The position numbers were made by a program, and so were the translations under genes. From contig NW_021834779.1 of assembly GCF_006345805.1 (NCBI RefSeq), forward strand, positions 1 through 26,463: a stretch of DNA of 26,463 nucleotides. Direction: 5' to 3'. The notes under the pieces were generated by a model. It was not told where the DNA came from. It saw nothing but the letters and a program-made list of their open reading frames with translations, and did not search any database. The DNA is from Octopus sinensis (taxonomy: Eukaryota). This document shows positions 20,850 to 26,463 of the stretch, piece by piece. Numbering within the stretch: the first letter of the stretch is position 1; every line of letters starts with the position of its first letter.

Positions 20850-23246
20850 CTGAGGCACAGGTGGAAGTCTCCTTTGTGTTGTTGAGAATTTCCACTCATC
20901 TGGTGTCTGTTCCATCTCCAGAAAAAACTGACTTTTAGATTTTATTGTCTGAAGATTTCGGTTAAATATCTCTTCTGCATTTCTCGTTATTGCAACAGGA
21001 TTGTTAGTCTGATACAGTAATTGTCTCATCTCAGTCTGAGAGAGAAAGTTGGGATTCTCTGCTGTTGTGGGTGAGTTATTCGTGTGATTAATACATCTGA
21101 AAACACACAGTGTTATGGACACTACAATAGCCACAGATAGTATTACAGCTGCTGCTACAATGATAATTACCCAAGTCATATTCAGGTCGTGACCAGACTG
21201 GAATGGCACAGCAGTCAACATTGGAGATGTATCATTACTAACAAACAGTGTTAGTATGATAGCAGTTGTTGCTGATTGAACTGGAGTACCACCGTCTTTC
21301 ACTATAAACTGCAGCTCATATGTTCCTGCATCATTTTGGTAAACTGTGCGAGAGAAAGATAACACACCAGTGTGTGAGTTCACTGTAAACAGGTTTTTAT
21401 CATTGGATCTCAGTATTCCATATGTGAGGAAAGCATTGTTTCCAGTGTCTTTGTCAGATGCTCTCAGAATTGTGATGTCCTTCTTACTGTGTGGATGGTA
21501 GTGGACATCGAGATTGTAAGGGTCATTATTAGGAAACGTAAAATACGGAGCATTATCATTTTTATCTAGAATCTCAATAACAATATTGGCAGTGTCATTG
21601 AGAGAAGGTGTTCCATTATCTTTCACTAAAACGTTGAACTTATAGATATCTTTCATTTCTCGATCTATTGATTGTGATGTAGAAATGAATCCATATTTGG
21701 TCAGTTGGAAAGGAATGTTATCATTGTTGTTATCATTGATGATAGAATATGTAAGTTGGCCTCCATCTCCAAGATCAGGGTCTGTAGCATTGATGAAGCC
21801 AATAGGGAAGTCAACTTTCTGGTTTTCGTAGGTGAGGAATTGGAATGTCTCTTTGGTAAAATGTGGTTCTACATCATTGACATCAGTTACTTTGACAGAG
21901 AAATATTTTTTACTTTCTAGTTGAGGTGACCCCATGTCATGACACACAATAGATACTTTATAGTGGTCCCTTATTTCTCTGTCAAGATGGCCCTTAACAA
22001 TCATTTTATATTCTTTAGAATCTATTTTGGCAAGTTTAAATTTATCATGTTTTAAATCACAGATAACCTCACCATTAGGTCCACTATCAGTGTCAGTGAC
22101 CATAACATAAGCTATAAAACTACCAATTTTACTTGCTTCAGAAACTGCTGCTGAACTCTCTGTTAAAGGAGATACAAAATCTATATTTATCAATGGAGCA
22201 GTATTCTGGTTATTAATAATGTGAATCTGGACTTTGGTTAAAGAACTTAAGGGTGGATTTCCTCCATCTCGTGCTTCAATAAATAATTTATAAGACTGCA
22301 TTTTAGTAAACTGAAAATTGTCATGTAAAAACAAATCTCCAGTGTTCTTATCTAAAACAAAATATTTCTGGATATTTCGAGATGTTTTATGGTTGAAATG
22401 ATAAGAAATCTTTCCATTGTCTCCAGAATCTTGATCTGAAGCTTTTAAAGTAAGAATTGGTAAATGTCTTTGATGTGAATTACTTATAGAGATGTTGTAG
22501 ATTTCCTGTGGAAATACAGGTGTATTATCATTAACATCTGTTACAGATATGTGTACTTTGAGTGAAGCTGTTTTTGGTGGGTTCCCTCCATCTTTAGCTT
22601 CTAGTATCAACATATAATAGTCATTGAGTTCCCTGTCTAATCTATCTTCTAGAATTAGCGCAGGTATGAAAATACCCTTCTGTTTTGTGACAGAGAGAGA
22701 AAATGGTTCGCTTTTACTTTTTTTAATTATATATGTAATTTGAGAATTTTTGATTGAAATATCTTTATCAATTGCATTCAGAAGAGGGATTTTGCTTCCT
22801 TTACTCTCTCTTTCTGAAAAATGAATCTTAACTTCATTTTGTGGAAATTCTGGAGAATGGTCATTGATGTCTTCTATTAATATTTTTATTTTGAGAATTT
22901 TCATAAATGCTTCTTCTTTCCTCACTGCTACTTTAACTATTCTGGAACATTCCCTGTTGTATGTACACAGAGACTCAGCATCCAGTGTTTGAGTAGTGTA
23001 TAGTTTTCCTGAGTTGGTGACATTAAATAAGTGAGAACCACTCTCGACTGTCCTTTGTAGTTGTGTAAATGTAATGAGAGTGTGTTGTTGATGTGTGAGA
23101 GGGTGTGATAAGTTAGAGTCAACAGCAATGTCTCCTATATAGGTGTGAAGTCTGTCTTCTTCATTGACATGGTATATAATATCTATGGACAGTACAAGGG
23201 TGATCAGTAAATGTAGAAGACACAGTAGACCAATATATGCTGTCAT
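20850..23246 (-). CDS. Pcdh: Protocadherin C, intact large exon (799 codons; predicted spliced protein 873 aa)
   Basis: Uninterrupted ORF with signal peptide, six cadherin repeats, TM helix and donor CCTCAG|GTAAAT (phase 0). Confidence 0.95.
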
Positions 23247-23580
23247 GTCTGGGATTCTTCATCACATTTCAGCAGGAGAAATTGCTATAAAAGACAACAA
23301 ATATTTAAACATTAAGTACAATAAAATAAGTTCATTTGAAGTTATAATAACCATTATATAAATGATTATTGATTGTATGTCTTTTACATGTGCTCTAAAT
23401 AATTCAAAATGTTTCTTTTAATCTAACAAGCTAAGTGACAATATATAGATGATGCCGCTTCTTTGGAAAAAGGCAACAACCTTTCTGTGTTTAGAATTGC
23501 ATTTAGAATGTTTTGGCATGACAAGTTTCATAATTTACTATTGAGAGAGTACTTAGAAAGGGACAACGTCTTGATATTGA

Positions 23581-23792
23581 TTTCTAATTATGGCACAAGG
23601 CTAGCAGTTTTGGGGGAGGGGTTAAGTTGCTTACATCGATCCCAGTGCTCACCTGGTACTTATTTTATTAACCCCAAAAGGATGAAAGGCAAAGTCAAAC
23701 CTGGTGGAATTTGAACTCAGAATGTAAAGGCAGACGAAATACTGCTGAGCAGTTTGCTTGGTAAGATAATAATTCTAGCAGCATATTGCCTC
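23581..23792 (-). mobile_element. tRNA-derived SINE (same family as 981-1208)
   Basis: AAGGATGAAAGGCAAAGTCAA...GGAATTTGAACTCAGAATGTAAAG on the plus strand. Confidence 0.75.
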
Positions 23793-23929
23793 ACAGTAGA
23801 TTGATACTGAAATATCACATCTTTGTTGACTCCATGAGTATCTGATGAGGATATTTCATTGAGATATTTTGTAACAAATGTTTAATCTTGTTCAGGCTCC
23901 ATGTCTTCCTTAGAAACGATTTCAAAACA

Positions 23930-24030
23930 GACACGGAGCCTGAACAGCCTTTCAGCTGGTCAGTTCCTACCAGACCATCCAACCCATACTAGCATGAAAA
24001 ATGGACATCAAATGATGATGACAATGGTGA
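23930..24030 (+). mobile_element. Degenerate RTE-like 3' end
   Basis: CATCCAACCCATACTAGCATGAAAAATGGACATCAAATGATGATGA matches the 9391-9475 terminus. Confidence 0.55.
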
Positions 24031-24954
24031 TTAGATGTAATCAATTTACAGTTAGATATTTAGAATTTAATCCACACTGTAGTTATATGTTGGAATATTA
24101 ACTGATAATGCTGTTAATGATTCTATTTTTGGTTGAAAGAATAAATGTAATGCAAAACATATCTTTATATTGTAGAAGTGTATGTAATACCTCTCTGTAG
24201 AAATATGAAGCCAAGTTCCATTCCTCAATACACACACCAATATAAACACCTTCAGGCACACATATATATTACAAGCAAGCAAAACAGTCAATATTCTTCT
24301 GGATAGGTAACAACACTGGGTGGACAAAGTAAACATATTGGAGGTAGACAAAAGGATAGATAAAGAAACTGAGGCAGTCAGAGAAGATACCAGAACAATT
24401 ACAATTAGACTTGTCATAGACAACATGACTGCAGCCATTATCTCTTCACTTAAACTGCAAACAAGAGGAACAGATGAACAACAGGATTGTTTCAAAAAAC
24501 TCTCTTATGGATCATCATGATAACAAAATAAAAATAAGAAAACAGTGGAAATTTTACCGGTGAGTGTGTTACATTATAAGGCACAAAAAGAAAATGATTC
24601 TCCCCAAAATGAGTTTATATTTCACACAAAATATTTTGAATAAAAAAGCTAGACAAGATTATATTTATCATCCATTGTAATGATAATGGTGACGAGGAAC
24701 ATTCTTTGCTTATTATGCACAAATGAATATATAATGTATATATATATATATATATATAGGGATATTACTAATGTTAGAATTCATAAATTATTAACACTGT
24801 CTTATTGGCTATAATCAATGTTTTTTGATAGTTAAATAAATGCACACACACACATACACGCACACACATATATCAGTTTGGACTATATTAAACAATTCTA
24901 TATAAGATATATAGTTTAATATCCTTTGTATAATGTTGTCTTATGTGATTTTGA

Positions 24955-25592
24955 TATTAAAAGGTGTAATCCAGATTGAAGTAATTGTATTACAATGACT
25001 ACTGCAGCTGTTGTTAATGGTGGAAGTGATGGCTAGATCTCTCGATCCTCCACTGTCCCAGTCCCTGTATATATACAACATGGCAGACATTTTAGATATT
25101 ATCCTTACCCTGTCTTTCACTAGAAACACAAATAATATAAATGTTATAATGAATATGAAAAGATAATAAAGAGAAAGAGAGAGAGAGAGAGACTTACCTG
25201 CATTGTTTAATCCTTCACTGTAGTTGTGTGTGATGGATGATGTGTATCCTGCTGTAGTGTTCCACTCCAACTGCTGCTGCTGCTGTAGTGGTATTATAGT
25301 GGTACTGCTGCTGTTGTAGTAGTGTTCCTGTGTTACTGCTGCTGCTGTTCCTGTGTAACTGCTGATATAATAGTGTGACAGTTGCTGTATGTAGTGGGAG
25401 GTGAGATGTTAGCCAGATGCTGGTGTGTGCTAGTTACAACCCTATGTCCTCCACACACACACACACAATTGTGTGTATGATGAACAAAGAAAAAAGCTAT
25501 CAGCCTCACTTTCAATATTGAAAGAAATATAGAAAATCTCTCTCATCCAATAGGAAATTACTGCAATGTTGTCTGTGTCACACAAACACATC
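24955..25592 (-). promoter_or_regulatory. Conserved unit block, copy 4: candidate promoter plus leader exon of Pcdh C (donor 25198|25197)
   Basis: CCAAT 25547-25551, palindrome 25509-25524, ATGCAG|GTAAGT. The acceptor is CTTTTATAG|CAATTT at 23285|23284. Confidence 0.55.
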
Positions 25593-26396
25593 AAACAAGA
25601 GAAGTCATATTAATGACCCAAAGCAGCATCACTTTTTCTTTTTAATAAAAACTCTACATTACATATTTAATGTTAGGAAATAAGACTTATATATATTTAT
25701 AATAATATTTCTGGATATTTGATGGATTATTATTAACTTGACTATAAGAATACATATTCGAGATTTCTATTAGAAACAAATTGATTTCATGGTAAGTCAT
25801 CAAACATAATTATTTAAGAAGTTTACATGATTAGTCAAACTAGAAACAAAGTAAATTAGGAGAAGCAAAACTATTTCCATTTTAAAAAGACACATGATTT
25901 TCCAATATGTTTTATGTCTTATTTCATAAAATATATAACATTTAAATCTTAACACTTCAAAAAACTTTATAAATATGTCGGTAAGTTTAGTATATTAACA
26001 ATATAGGTAACAACACTTTATTGAATGTTGTGGGAATCAACACTTATCCATTAATGCTGGTATTGATCAATGAAATTTAAAATACATTGAACATAAAGTG
26101 GTGTGAACAAAAGACGAAATGCAAATAAAATAAAACAATGGTAAAAGTGAGTATGATAATGTTAAATGGTAGAATTCATATCAAACTAAAATTCTATAAC
26201 TAAACTTCTGAGAATGATTCAGATTAAGTTGTGTATGTTTAGTGAAATGTATATACTAAGACTGAGAGGAAAACAACTATTTTGTAATAATGAACGTTGG
26301 TAATGCAGAATAAGTTGTTTGTGGTATTTAACGTATCAGTGCTGCAAATTAGGGGTCATAATAGATGCCACTGTAAGGCCCTTATGTGTGATGTGT

Positions 26397-26463
26397 GAAA
26401 GAAACATAGAGTTGATATTTTTATAGGAATATAAAGTATTGTATAAGATTTGGTGTGTGAGAG
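26397..26463 (-). other. 3' UTR segment of the last exon of a fourth protocadherin (D) that lies beyond the right edge
   Basis: GAAAGAAACATAGAGTTGATATTTTTATAGGAATATAAAGTATTGTATAAGATTTGGTGTGTGAGAG matches the post-stop segments at ~3030-3095, ~12367-12430 and ~19635-19700. Confidence 0.8.

Noticed and set aside
24067-24520. Overlapping 142-aa (minus) and 66-aa (plus) ORFs in the Pcdh C leader intron
   Set aside because: No recognisable domain, absent from the other units, and no clear splice signals. It may be decayed TE sequence.

Overview
AT-rich eukaryotic genomic DNA, most likely from a coleoid cephalopod (Octopus-like; inferred from the SINE/LINE types and the protocadherin array). The window holds part of a head-to-tail, minus-strand tandem array of protocadherin (Pcdh) genes. 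Three gene bodies are complete (here A 3127-6274, B 12463-16012, C 19732-23246). A fourth contributes only its 3' UTR at the right edge, and a fifth is implied beyond the left edge. Each 6.5-9.6 kb unit has the same layout in transcription order: (i) a conserved ~630 bp block with a CCAAT box, a 16-bp palindrome, (TG)n/(CAG)n repeats and a perfect CAG|GTAAGT donor (candidate promoter plus leader exon); (ii) a TE-rich intron; (iii) a ~2.4 kb exon with a conserved upstream acceptor that encodes signal peptide, 6 cadherin repeats, TM helix and juxtamembrane tail; (iv) two small cytoplasmic exons (145 nt and 80 coding nt) that are nearly identical between genes. Amino-acid divergence is concentrated in EC2-EC3, while the EC1 core and EC6-to-C-terminus are homogenised. 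All three genes have lost the Ca2+-binding residues at the EC3-EC4 junction. A and B carry single-base homopolymer deletions that may be assembly errors. The introns contain tRNA-derived SINEs, RTE-like 3' ends, an R4/Dong-like LINE fragment in (TAA)n and a decayed DNA transposon. Splice models were derived by eye from splice signals and frame, without expression data.
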